Source: a virus
DNA length: 64,000 bases
Virus record (IMG/VR): IMGVR_UViG_3300032805_000003
Coordinates: 24,939-88,938 of that record
Direction: 5' to 3' (one strand)
The notes under the pieces were generated by a model that worked only from the letters and a program-made list of their open reading frames with translations, was not told the origin of the DNA and did no database searches. Positions 43,839 to 53,869 of this stretch are shown piece after piece (the first letter of the stretch is position 1; each line of letters begins with the position of its first letter). The translations under genes were made by a program, and so were the position numbers.

Positions 43839-46800
43839 GTGGCGGTCCTCCCTCCGGTTGAGCAGGTTTTCGAGGCGAACGCGGAAGCGTTCCTGGCGAC
43901 GATCGACTCGATGGTCGCCGCGTGTGACCGGCTGGCCGAGTCGATCGACGAAGTCGCCGCCAGCGCTGACCGGCTCGGCGGCGGTGCTGACGCGGCCGCC
44001 GCCGGAGATGACCGGGTCGCTGAAGCCGCCGACATGGCGACTGAGGCCGTCGACCGGCAGGTCGCCGCCATGGACGAGCTGGCGGCGGCGCTGGACCGGA
44101 CCAGCACCGCGGTCGACGCGAACGCGGCCGCCGTCGACGACAACACTGCCGCGCTGGACGCTAACGCCGGGTCAGCTGACCGGGCCGGCGAGTCCGCGGT
44201 CGGATTCGGCGCCAAAGGCAAGATCGCGTTCCTGGCAGTCGCCGCCGCTGTCGCCTACTCGGTGGTGAAGGCGGCTGAGTACCAGTCCCAGATGACCACT
44301 CTGCTGACGCAAGCCGGAGTCGCCAGATCCCAGTTCGGGTTGCTGGAGTCCGGGGTGCTGAAACTCGCCGGGGTAGTCGGCTTCGCGCCGACGTCGCTCG
44401 CGCAAGCGCTGTACCACATCGAATCCGCGTTCCAGTCCAGCGGGATCACCGGCGCGAAAGCGCTCCAGCTGCTGAAGATCGGCGCGGAAGGCGCGGCGGT
44501 CGGCCATTCCGACCTGGTCGACACCGTCAACGCCCTCGACGCGATCATGGTCGCCGCGTTGCCTGGCATCCATTCGTACAGCCAGGCGATGGGTCAGGTT
44601 AACGCGATCATCGGCGCTGGCGACATGACGATGGAGGATTTCGCCAAAGCCGCCAGCACCGGGTTGTTCGCTGTCGCCAAGTCCTACGGCCAGAGCCTTA
44701 CCCAAGTCGGCGCGGCGATCGCGGTCTTCGGCGACTCGAACATCCGGGGAGCTAAAGCTGCCACCGATCTGAGGATGGCCTGGCAAGCGGTCGGCGCTCC
44801 GCTGACCACCAGCAAGGCGATCCTGGCGTCGCTCGGGCTCCAGTACGACACGCTTGCCGACACGATGCGAAAGCACGGGCTGTCGGTTGCGATCGGCCAG
44901 TTCATCGACCATCTGAAGGCCGCGAAAGTTCCCATGAGCGAGTGGGGACAGCTGGAGACCGAAATATTCGGGAAGAGGGCCGGCGTCGGCATCGGGGTGC
45001 TGATCGGCCAGTTCAGCCGGCTGGAAGGCAAACTGCCGGACATCGAACGCGGGGCGCACAACTTCGGGTCAGCGTGGAACACCACCAACAAGACCTTGTC
45101 CCAGCAGTGGAAAGACCTGCGCGGCTCGATCGACGCGCTGACCGTCAGCTTCGGTGATGTGCTGTTGCCGGCGGTCACCAAGGTTGTGGGCTGGCTGGTC
45201 AAGCTGTTCAACACGATCGAACAGCACCCGCTGATCGCCAAACTCGCCGGCGCGCTGATCGCTCTCGCCGCGGTCACCGTCCTGGCGTCCGGGGCGATGG
45301 CCGGGCTGGCCGCCATCTCGGGAGCGATCATCCCGGCGCTGGTGATCGCCGCTGTCGTCGCCCTCGCGATCGGGTTGTACGAGCTTTATCACCACAGCAA
45401 GATGGTGCGAGACGCGCTGGCGGACGTCGCCCGGTTCTTCAAAGCAGCCTGGAACGACGCCGTCAAGACCGCCGGAGATGTGCTGCACTGGTTCGTCAGC
45501 GGGCCGCTGGCCTGGCTGAAAGCCCAGCTGGCGGTGTTCACCCAGTTCTGGCAGCAGCACGGCGCCCAGATCGAGCAGGTAGCCAAGCAAACCTGGGCGC
45601 TGATCTCGACGATCATCACCACCGCCTGGGATGCGATCAGCGGGTTCCTGAAAGCCGGCCTGAGTTACCTGCTGGCCATATGGAAAGCCAGCTGGGATTT
45701 CATCGTCGGCGTTATCAGGTTGGCCTGGAACCTGACCGGCCAGATCATCCATACCGCGATTCAGCTGATCCTCGGGATCATCGGAGTCGGCCTCGATCTG
45801 ATGACCGGGCACTGGTCGAAAGCCGGTGACGATCTCCAGCACCTGACTTCAACGATCTTTGATGATGTCCGGCACATCATCGCGACGATCGTCGGCGGGT
45901 TCGCCCAGTTGCTGTTCAGCCTTGGCCAGCGGGCGATCGAAGGGCTGATCAACGGGATCAAGTCCATGTTCGGGGCGGCTGTCGGCGCGGTCGAAGACCT
46001 CGGCAAAGGCATCGTCTCCGGCATATCCAGCATCCTGCATATCCATTCACCGTCGAAGGTGATGGAAGAAATCGGGCAGGAAATCGGCGCCGGGCTGATC
46101 CAGGGGCTAGAAGGAACCGCCGCAGATGTCAAATCCGCAGCATCCAAACTGGCCAGCCTGATCACGCAAGCGCTGTCCGCTGGTGATATCGGCTACCAGC
46201 GGGCGACGTCGCTGACGGCCTACCTCGAGCGGGACAACACCCGGCTCCAGACGCTGGCCACCCAGCGGGCAGCGATCCTCAAGACGATCACCACCGCCGA
46301 AAACTACGCCACGTCGACCACCTCGAATGTGGAGTCGTGGGCCGGGCTGGCGAACAACACCGCGATCACCAGCGCCAGCAGCGCCGGCGGCGGACTGTAC
46401 TCCGGAGACATCCTGGCGTCGATGCAAGCCAGCCTGACCACCATCCGCCAGTTCACCAGCGCGCTCAAGCAGCTGAAGAAACTCGGGCTGAACAACAACC
46501 TGCTGAACCAGATCATCCAGATGGGCCCCCAGCAAGGATTGCAGGTCGCGCAAGCGCTGATCGACGGCCCGGTGTCAGTGATCAAGTCGATGAACCAGAC
46601 CCAGACGGCGATCAACTCGGCAGCCACCAGCCTTGGCCAGTCCGCCGCCGACGCCATGTACGACAGCGGGAAAGACGCCGGCAAAGGGTTCCTGAGCGGG
46701 CTCGAAGGCCAGCAGGCGGCGATCGAGAAGCTGATGGAGAAGATCGCCAAGGGCATGGTGTCGACGATCAAACGCGAACTCGGGATCCGGTCCCCGTCGA

Positions 46801-47117
46801 CAGTCGGGCACTATCACGGGCTGATGTGGGCCGCCGGGATCGCCGCCGGGATGAAAGACGGCGAGCCGATGATCGACGCGGCCGGCAAGCAGCTGGCGCT
46901 GGCGATGGGACACCAGCCCGGTCCGATGCTGACCGCTGCCGCCAACAGCGGCGCTGGCGGGGACACCTGGCATGTGCAGCTGACGGTCAACGGGTTCGTC
47001 GGCAACAACCAGGAGCTTCTGCGCGAGCTCACGCTGCTGATCCAGAAAGGGATCCTCCAGCAAGCGAAACGAAACGGCGGCAACAACCTGTCGCTGGCCG
47101 CCGGCCGGTACACCTGA
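43839..47117 (+). CDS. Tape measure protein
   Basis: 1092 aa, Ala-rich helical, 11-aa Trp periodicity, IHSPS and IRSPS motifs. Confidence 0.92.
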   Translation: MAVLPPVEQVFEANAEAFLATIDSMVAACDRLAESIDEVAASADRLGGGADAAAAGDDRVAEAADMATEAVDRQVAAMDELAAALDRTSTAVDANAAAVDDNTAALDANAGSADRAGESAVGFGAKGKIAFLAVAAAVAYSVVKAAEYQSQMTTLLTQAGVARSQFGLLESGVLKLAGVVGFAPTSLAQALYHIESAFQSSGITGAKALQLLKIGAEGAAVGHSDLVDTVNALDAIMVAALPGIHSYSQAMGQVNAIIGAGDMTMEDFAKAASTGLFAVAKSYGQSLTQVGAAIAVFGDSNIRGAKAATDLRMAWQAVGAPLTTSKAILASLGLQYDTLADTMRKHGLSVAIGQFIDHLKAAKVPMSEWGQLETEIFGKRAGVGIGVLIGQFSRLEGKLPDIERGAHNFGSAWNTTNKTLSQQWKDLRGSIDALTVSFGDVLLPAVTKVVGWLVKLFNTIEQHPLIAKLAGALIALAAVTVLASGAMAGLAAISGAIIPALVIAAVVALAIGLYELYHHSKMVRDALADVARFFKAAWNDAVKTAGDVLHWFVSGPLAWLKAQLAVFTQFWQQHGAQIEQVAKQTWALISTIITTAWDAISGFLKAGLSYLLAIWKASWDFIVGVIRLAWNLTGQIIHTAIQLILGIIGVGLDLMTGHWSKAGDDLQHLTSTIFDDVRHIIATIVGGFAQLLFSLGQRAIEGLINGIKSMFGAAVGAVEDLGKGIVSGISSILHIHSPSKVMEEIGQEIGAGLIQGLEGTAADVKSAASKLASLITQALSAGDIGYQRATSLTAYLERDNTRLQTLATQRAAILKTITTAENYATSTTSNVESWAGLANNTAITSASSAGGGLYSGDILASMQASLTTIRQFTSALKQLKKLGLNNNLLNQIIQMGPQQGLQVAQALIDGPVSVIKSMNQTQTAINSAATSLGQSAADAMYDSGKDAGKGFLSGLEGQQAAIEKLMEKIAKGMVSTIKRELGIRSPSTVGHYHGLMWAAGIAAGMKDGEPMIDAAGKQLALAMGHQPGPMLTAAANSGAGGDTWHVQLTVNGFVGNNQELLRELTLLIQKGILQQAKRNGGNNLSLAAGRYT

Positions 47118-47144
47118 TCGCACCAGGACAGGGGGTGACGCACG

Positions 47145-50100
47145 TTGGTCGCCCTGGTTGACAGCTGGTCCGGCGGGATGGTCCGGCCTGCCGCCGGACA
47201 GTTCGGGCTCCCGGGCCCGGCGTGCCAGTCAGCGACCAGCGCGATAGCGAACACCGGCGACCCGGGTAACTGGATGGTCGTGCTGTGTGTCTGGCGGATC
47301 ACGTCTGCGCTGGATACGACGATAGCCGTCGGCGACGACGCCGAGAACTTGTGGGAACCGCTCGGCGCCCCGAACGGCACCAGCACAGCCACCGGGTTGA
47401 CGCGCTGTTCGATCTGGGCGGCCGCCAGCCCGCGCCCGGCCGCCAACATCTATGTCGCGCCGAACGGGTACACCGGCGGGATCTCGTTCCTGGCCGTTGA
47501 ACTGTCCGGCTTGTCGCCATGGCAGACGCTGGCTGGCATCATCACCGGCTACGCCGGCGCAGCCACCGCGTTGTCGCTCGCGTTGCCGGCGCCGTCCGCG
47601 CAAGCGCTGTTCTTGACCTGCGCCGGCGGGGACTTGAACACCGGCACCGTCAGCGGCCCTGGAGCGGGCTGGACCGCGCTGCCTTCGGTTTCGTTCACGA
47701 ACGGGTCTGACTACACGTCAGACACGTTCCTGGAATCTGCCTGGCAGGTGTCCAGCGCGGCGGTGACCGCAGCCTGGTCAGACACCGTCGCGAACGATCT
47801 GTCCGGTGTCCTCGCCGGGGTGCTGGTCACCGGCACCGCCCCCGCCGCCCCAGCCCAGAACTGGCCGCTGATCCGCTTCCAGGCCGGGTTCGGCGCCGGG
47901 GCTGCCACCCCGTGGGACACGGTCACCTGGACGGATCTGACCAGCCGGTACCAGGGGATGTCCGGCCAGTCCGGCAAACAATACGAGCTGGACACCATCC
48001 AGGCCGGGACCACCACCTGGACGCTGTCGAACAACGACGCCACGCTCACGCCCGGCAACCAGAACAGCGCCTACTGGCTGGGGGTCGCCGGCTGGAGCGT
48101 CACCGCCGGAACCGGCACGCTGGCGCCGTCCCAGCAGTATTCCTGGCTCGGGATGGCTACCGCCGTCTACACACCGGACGGGGTCACCAGCGGCGGGCAT
48201 CCGGAAAGCTCGCGCACCGCGGTCATCACCGGCGACACTTACTCGGGCAGCGTGTGGGCGTATTCGCCGCAAGGCTGGTCGACATGCGCGGCGTTCATCA
48301 GCTGGTACAACTCCGGCGGCAGCCTGCTGTCCACCAGCACCGGCGCCAGCGCCAGCCTGAGCGCCGACCAGTGGACCCAGTTCACCGTCTCCGGCACCGC
48401 CCCCGCCAGCGCGGTGTACGGGACGATCGGGTTCATCACCAACGGCACCCCGCCGGTCAGCACCCGGTTCTGGCTGGCGGCCGCCATGCTGCTGTCACCA
48501 GCCGGCGCGATCTTGAACAGCAACTGGAACTTCAGCCAGGGCGCGCAAGCGTACACACCGGTCCGGCTGCTGGTCACCTGGCCGCCGCCGCCCGCTTTGA
48601 ACGCCCGCACCTATGTGATCAAACGCGAGTTCATGGAACGCTGGCCGCAGGCTCTCACCCCGGCCCGCTACCAGATCGCGAACGCGGTCAGCACCGACGC
48701 CTGGGCGCTGCTGACGCCGTTGCTGCTGACGTTGCCGCGGGCAGAAATCCTGCAAGACGGCCCGAGCGCGTACTGGCCGCTAGATGACCTGACCGGGTCA
48801 GTCACCGGCCGGCAGATCGCGCCGACCAGCGTCGGCCCGATCCAGGTCGTCGCCTCCCGCAACGGCACCAGCACCGCCGCCGTCACCTTCGGCGTGTCAG
48901 CAGACGCCCTCGCCGGCGACCCGTCCGCAACCGGCTGGCAGCAATCCGCTCTCCCGGCCAGCGACACCGAAGGCTACAGCCTGTACACCGCCGACCAGCT
49001 GCTGCCGCCGCTGGCTGACGGCATCACGATCACCGGCTGGTTCAACATGCTCGCCAGCCAGCCGACCGGCGCGAACCTGGGGCTGATCACCGTCCGGAAC
49101 GGCAAAGGCACCGTCGCGGAAGTGTTCGTCACCCAGTCCACCGGCGACATCAAGATGATCGTCTTCGACAAGATCACCGGGACCGGGACGACGACGACGA
49201 TCACCACCTTGCCGGCGCTGACCGGCAACTGGTTCCATGTCGCGCTCGAGCTCACGCCCGCCAGCTGGCAGGTTTACATCAACGCCGGCCAGACCGCCTC
49301 CGGATCCGGCACTGCGAACCTGGCCAGCACCAGCTACTGGCTGTGTTTCGACGGCATCGCCGACCGGTCTTACGGCGGGTCGTTCTTCAACGGGATCCTG
49401 GCCAGCCTGGTAGTCTTCCCGGTGCTGTTGCCGGTGTCCCGGTTGCAGTCGCACTGGTTCGCGTTCATCGACGGCGCATCCAGCGACCCGGCCGGATACC
49501 GGATCGAACGGCTGCTCGGCGCCGGGTTGTGCGCGTTCCCGCGGCTGATCGCCCAGAACGGTGACGAGATGACCGGCGCGCTGGACATCTCCGGCCAGGC
49601 CGTGTCCCAGAACGTGGCGAACATCGCCGAATCAGACTCCGGGATCTTGCTGGTCAACAGCGCCGGCTATCTGGTGTACCAGTACCGTCAGAACGCCTGG
49701 AACCTGCCGGTGCAGCAGGTCCTGGGCGAGCAAGTCGCCAGCCAGCTGAACGTCAACAGCAACTTCAACACCGGTGTCTCTCCCTGGACCGGCGGGAACA
49801 GCGCCACCGTCGCGGTCTCGTCCGCGTGGGCGTACTCCGGGTTGTTCTCGCTGGTGATGAACGGCAACGGGAGCACCGCGAACCCGGGAGCGTTGTCCGA
49901 GCAGACAATCCCGGTCACCGCAGGCACCGCGTACACCGCCAGCGCGTGGGTTTACTCGCCGCAAGGCTGGTCCGCAGTCCAGGTGTGCATCGACTGGTAC
50001 AACTCCAGCCACACCTACCTGGGCGGCGTGTTCCCGTCGCCGTCCAGCTTGCCCGCCGGCGGGATGACCCAGCTGACCGCCAGCGGGCAAGCGCCCGCCA

Positions 50101-50966
50101 GCGCCGCGTACGCCGAGATCATCATTCAGATGGCCGGCACCCCGGCCAGCACCGTCCAGCTGTTCATCGACATGGCCGAACTCACCACCAGCTACACCGA
50201 ACAGCCGTATCTGGCGGATGCGACGTTCGACTATGACCCGAGCCAGGTGTTCAACGACCTGACGCTGGACCAGCTCGCCGCCCCCGCGTACCTGCAATGG
50301 TCGTTCACGGCGTCGACGACCAGCAGCGAGTTCTTCGCGGTCGGGTTCAGCTTCAGCGACGGCCAGCAAGTGCTGCTGTCCGGCACGTCGCTGCCAGGCG
50401 GTTTCACCGCCGGCGTCATCTACTACGTGATCAACGTGTCAGCGAACAGTTTCCAGCTGTCGGCCACCAGCGGCGGGACGGCGATCACCGTCACTTCAGA
50501 CGGCTCCGGCACGGTCGCCGGGTTCAGCCCGGCGACCGGGGTGACGATCACGCTGGCCAGCCCGGCGTCGATCGCCGCCTACGGCGACCAGACGCTCCAG
50601 CAGACGGTGTACCAGCTGAATCCGGTGACGATCACCGACCTGGCGAACTGGATCGTCAACACCCTCGGCACCCCCGGTATCCGGATCGACCAGCTGACGC
50701 TGGACCCGTCCGCGAACCCGCTGCTGTGGCCGGTGGTCCTGGCGCTCCAGACCAGCCAGGTGGTGCTGGCGAAACGCCGGCTCGGATCCGGCACCGAATC
50801 CCCGCCCGAGATCGACTTGCAACAGCAGATCATGTCGGTCGCCCATTCGAACCAGCCCGGTGTCTGGCGGACGACGATCGGGGGAGTGCCGTACTACGGC
50901 CAGATCCTGACTCTGGACGACCCGGTCCTCGGTGTCCTGGACGGAAACAACCGGCTCGGCTGGTGA
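47145..50966 (+). CDS. Large multidomain minor tail protein (beta-sandwich, two CBM-like domains, LamG-like domain)
   Basis: WTDLT, YELD..QAG...LSN.D..LTP; AYWPLDD and WFHVAL LamG motifs; duplicated YSPQGW module; LDDPVLGVLD.NRLGW end. Confidence 0.8.
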   Translation: MVALVDSWSGGMVRPAAGQFGLPGPACQSATSAIANTGDPGNWMVVLCVWRITSALDTTIAVGDDAENLWEPLGAPNGTSTATGLTRCSIWAAASPRPAANIYVAPNGYTGGISFLAVELSGLSPWQTLAGIITGYAGAATALSLALPAPSAQALFLTCAGGDLNTGTVSGPGAGWTALPSVSFTNGSDYTSDTFLESAWQVSSAAVTAAWSDTVANDLSGVLAGVLVTGTAPAAPAQNWPLIRFQAGFGAGAATPWDTVTWTDLTSRYQGMSGQSGKQYELDTIQAGTTTWTLSNNDATLTPGNQNSAYWLGVAGWSVTAGTGTLAPSQQYSWLGMATAVYTPDGVTSGGHPESSRTAVITGDTYSGSVWAYSPQGWSTCAAFISWYNSGGSLLSTSTGASASLSADQWTQFTVSGTAPASAVYGTIGFITNGTPPVSTRFWLAAAMLLSPAGAILNSNWNFSQGAQAYTPVRLLVTWPPPPALNARTYVIKREFMERWPQALTPARYQIANAVSTDAWALLTPLLLTLPRAEILQDGPSAYWPLDDLTGSVTGRQIAPTSVGPIQVVASRNGTSTAAVTFGVSADALAGDPSATGWQQSALPASDTEGYSLYTADQLLPPLADGITITGWFNMLASQPTGANLGLITVRNGKGTVAEVFVTQSTGDIKMIVFDKITGTGTTTTITTLPALTGNWFHVALELTPASWQVYINAGQTASGSGTANLASTSYWLCFDGIADRSYGGSFFNGILASLVVFPVLLPVSRLQSHWFAFIDGASSDPAGYRIERLLGAGLCAFPRLIAQNGDEMTGALDISGQAVSQNVANIAESDSGILLVNSAGYLVYQYRQNAWNLPVQQVLGEQVASQLNVNSNFNTGVSPWTGGNSATVAVSSAWAYSGLFSLVMNGNGSTANPGALSEQTIPVTAGTAYTASAWVYSPQGWSAVQVCIDWYNSSHTYLGGVFPSPSSLPAGGMTQLTASGQAPASAAYAEIIIQMAGTPASTVQLFIDMAELTTSYTEQPYLADATFDYDPSQVFNDLTLDQLAAPAYLQWSFTASTTSSEFFAVGFSFSDGQQVLLSGTSLPGGFTAGVIYYVINVSANSFQLSATSGGTAITVTSDGSGTVAGFSPATGVTITLASPASIAAYGDQTLQQTVYQLNPVTITDLANWIVNTLGTPGIRIDQLTLDPSANPLLWPVVLALQTSQVVLAKRRLGSGTESPPEIDLQQQIMSVAHSNQPGVWRTTIGGVPYYGQILTLDDPVLGVLDGNNRLGW

Positions 50967-50987
50967 TCACAGGAAGGCGGTCACGTC

Positions 50988-52295
50988 GTGCCGTTGCCGC
51001 CTTACCCGAACCAGCCCGCTCTCGGGACCTGGAGCCCGGGAGAACAGCTGTGGACCGCGAACCTGAACGCTGACCCGGGGAACACGCTGCTGCTGCTGGC
51101 GAACCGGCCGGTACTGGCCGCCAGCCAGCTGACCACCGGCCAGTCGATGGGCACCAGCGACACCGGCATCCAGCTGGACACCGAATTCCTGGACGCCTGG
51201 AGCGGGCACACCCCGGGCAGCAGCCAGTACCAGGTGCCGTTCTGGGGCTGGTACCTGTCTGAACTGACCGCTGAGTATTCGACGCTCGCGGCGACGACCG
51301 CCGCGGTCGCCGGCATCCAGACCGTCTCAAGCGGTCTGGCGGCCAACCGGGACGGCGGGAAAGCCTGCGGCAACGGCTCCGGCGCGATCGGGGTCACCGC
51401 TGCTGAATTGTCGCTGTGCAACCCGGCGTTCAACGACTATCTGGAGCCGTACGGGTCAGCTACCGTCGCGACAGACCTGACCACCGGCGCCGCCTCCGGA
51501 GCCCGGTTCAAAACTGAATGGGTCGGCGTTCAGGACGGGACGGTTGTCACCAGCCCGCAGCCGGCGGCGCTGTGGCCGCCCGGGGCCGGGACGACGATCA
51601 CCAACTCGGGCGGCATCCCGGCCGGTGCTACGTCGATGACGGTAGCCAGCGCAACCGGGATGATCACCGGCGGAAGCCTGGGCCTGGATTACCTGAACGG
51701 AGCCCAGACGTCCGCTGGCGCCGAGACCGTGACGATCACCAGCGTCACCGGCCTGACCATCGGCATCTCGGCCACCAGCTATCCGCATAACCAGAACGCT
51801 CCTGTCGCCGTCCCGGTATCCGGCGCCTGGATGAACCAGCAAGTCAGAGACATATCGAACTTCCTGCTGTATCCGCCGATGGCGAACCTGAACACTTCCG
51901 GAACGTCCGCGACTTTGGGCAGCGGGACCGCCGCGCCGGTCACGTTCACCACCGCCGTCGTCGACTCGTTCTCAGGCTGGAACAGCGCCACCGAATACGT
52001 CTTCCCGGTCAGCGGCGTGTATTACTGCTTCGGCCAGGTGTATCTGACGACGCACGCCAGCTACCAGCTCGGAGCCGCCCTCTCGGTCAGCGGCGGAACC
52101 CCGATGTACGGCACTGTCCAGCGGAACCAGTCGTCGACGTCGAACTACATGTGCGCCACCGTCCGGCGGCACCTGCGAGTCACCGCCGGCCAGAACGTCC
52201 AGCTGTACGGCTACCAGAACTCGGGCAGCGCCCTGGCGCTGATGGGCTCAGGCAACGCTTACTGCAAGCTGATCGTCGTCTGGAGAGGTTTCTAG
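50988..52295 (+). CDS. Minor tail protein with two C1q-like modules
   Basis: W..GE...A.LN motif, then D...G.....Y..P..G.Y modules twice. Confidence 0.65.
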   Translation: MPLPPYPNQPALGTWSPGEQLWTANLNADPGNTLLLLANRPVLAASQLTTGQSMGTSDTGIQLDTEFLDAWSGHTPGSSQYQVPFWGWYLSELTAEYSTLAATTAAVAGIQTVSSGLAANRDGGKACGNGSGAIGVTAAELSLCNPAFNDYLEPYGSATVATDLTTGAASGARFKTEWVGVQDGTVVTSPQPAALWPPGAGTTITNSGGIPAGATSMTVASATGMITGGSLGLDYLNGAQTSAGAETVTITSVTGLTIGISATSYPHNQNAPVAVPVSGAWMNQQVRDISNFLLYPPMANLNTSGTSATLGSGTAAPVTFTTAVVDSFSGWNSATEYVFPVSGVYYCFGQVYLTTHASYQLGAALSVSGGTPMYGTVQRNQSSTSNYMCATVRRHLRVTAGQNVQLYGYQNSGSALALMGSGNAYCKLIVVWRGF

Positions 52296-52835
52296 ATGGC
52301 TACCTGGCCGGCGCCGGATGTGCCGTTCTTCCCGGCCGGGTACGCGCCGTCAGCCGCCGACTTCGCCAGCTGGTGGATGAACAACGCCGGCTTCCACCAG
52401 AACAAGGTCGTGTTCCGCGGATCTCAGACGGTGACCGCGACGACGCTGCCGGACACTGAAGCGATCACGCTGATCAAGCTGGACACCATCAGCGAAGATC
52501 CGTACTCGGGCTGGAACGCCAGCACCTGGGCCTGGACTCCGCCCGCCGGGTACTCAGGCTGGTACGAGATCACCGGCACGCTCGCCACTGTCGCGCTCGC
52601 GTCAGGGGATGCGATCCGGCCGTTGCTGACCGGCACCTACACCCTGGATCTGGCGACCACCGTAGGAGCCACCAGCGTCCCGGCCGGGTCGGAAGGGTAC
52701 GCGTGCGTGTACCTGGTCGGCGGGCAGGACACCGTCTCGCTGTCCGGCGCCTTGTACGCCGCCACCGCGAACGTGAACACCTCGATCGCCGCCGGTAACC
52801 AGTCCAGCCTTGAAATCGTCTGGCTCGCGCTCTGA
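52296..52835 (+). CDS. Minor tail protein (C1q-like)
   Basis: DPYSGWN..T..W.PP...GWY. Confidence 0.6.
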   Translation: MATWPAPDVPFFPAGYAPSAADFASWWMNNAGFHQNKVVFRGSQTVTATTLPDTEAITLIKLDTISEDPYSGWNASTWAWTPPAGYSGWYEITGTLATVALASGDAIRPLLTGTYTLDLATTVGATSVPAGSEGYACVYLVGGQDTVSLSGALYAATANVNTSIAAGNQSSLEIVWLAL

Positions 52836-52865
52836 TCACCAAACCAACGGCCCGGGGGTGAGCAA

Positions 52866-53216
52866 GTGAGCGCCAGCTACAACATCGTCGTCGACCAGGG
52901 CGCGACGATCGACCGGGTTTTCACCTGGTATCAGGCTGACGGGGTCACCCCGGTCAACCTGACTGGCTTCTCAGCGCACATGCAAGTCCGGTCATCCGCC
53001 GGCGGGACGCTGCTGGCTGACTTGTCCACCGCCGAAGGCCAGATCAGCCTTGGCGAAGCCGCCGGGACGATCACGCTGAACGTGGCCGCCGCGGTCACCG
53101 CCGGATGGACCTTCGGCGGCGGTGTGTACGACCTCCAGCTGACGGACCCGCTCGGGAACGTCACCACCTTGCTGGCCGGATTGTTCACCGTCAACCCGGC
53201 TGTCACCACCTCCTGA
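52866..53216 (+). CDS. Fibre-collar/BppU-like small protein
   Basis: YNIVVDQGAT...PVNLTG..A.MQVR...YDLQL....G.V..LL.G. Confidence 0.65.
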   Translation: MSASYNIVVDQGATIDRVFTWYQADGVTPVNLTGFSAHMQVRSSAGGTLLADLSTAEGQISLGEAAGTITLNVAAAVTAGWTFGGGVYDLQLTDPLGNVTTLLAGLFTVNPAVTTS

Positions 53217-53274
53217 CCCGTCTCCTGCCGGAAACGCCGCGCAGGCACCCCTTCAACCAATCAAGGAGATAGCC

Positions 53275-53805
53275 ATGTCTCAGGCACGCGCTTACCGCGT
53301 CGGCGTTTTCGACACTTCTACCTGGAACGCGACCGGCGCCACCGTCACCACCACGTCGACGACCGCGCCGACGCCGATCCTGACCGCCGCCACCCCGGCA
53401 ACCGGGACCGCCGACATCTCCCGGATCGGGATTTCGTGCCTCGGCGCGTCGTCGTTCCCGTCCAACGCCTCGTTCACCGCCATCCTGGCGATCTTCACCG
53501 GCACCGTCTCGGGCGGCAACGCGGCCACCCCCGAGCCGACCGGCGCGGTCACCCTCGCGGCCAACACCACGTTCCTGACCGCGGGCGGCGCGTCGGCGGC
53601 GGCCATCTCGGTCGCGTCGCTGGCGCTGACCCAGGTGCTGTGGACCCAGTCGTTCCCGTTCACCGCCGGCGCCAACTGGGCGGAATGGGTCACGCCGGGG
53701 CTGGAGTTGCATGTCCCGATCTCCGCCAAGTTCGGGTTGTTCCTCACCGAGTCGTCGGCCGGGTCCGGGACGACGTTCGGCGGCGAGCTCAACTTCACCG
53801 AATGA
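53275..53805 (+). CDS. Putative structural (fibre subunit) protein
   Basis: Strong AAGGAG RBS; Thr/Ala/Gly-rich beta protein. Confidence 0.55.
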   Translation: MSQARAYRVGVFDTSTWNATGATVTTTSTTAPTPILTAATPATGTADISRIGISCLGASSFPSNASFTAILAIFTGTVSGGNAATPEPTGAVTLAANTTFLTAGGASAAAISVASLALTQVLWTQSFPFTAGANWAEWVTPGLELHVPISAKFGLFLTESSAGSGTTFGGELNFTE

Positions 53806-53869
53806 CCCCGGTCCTCCCGGGTGCCAGGCCCGCGCCTGGCACCCGGGAAGACAGTGATGCGGAGGCAGC

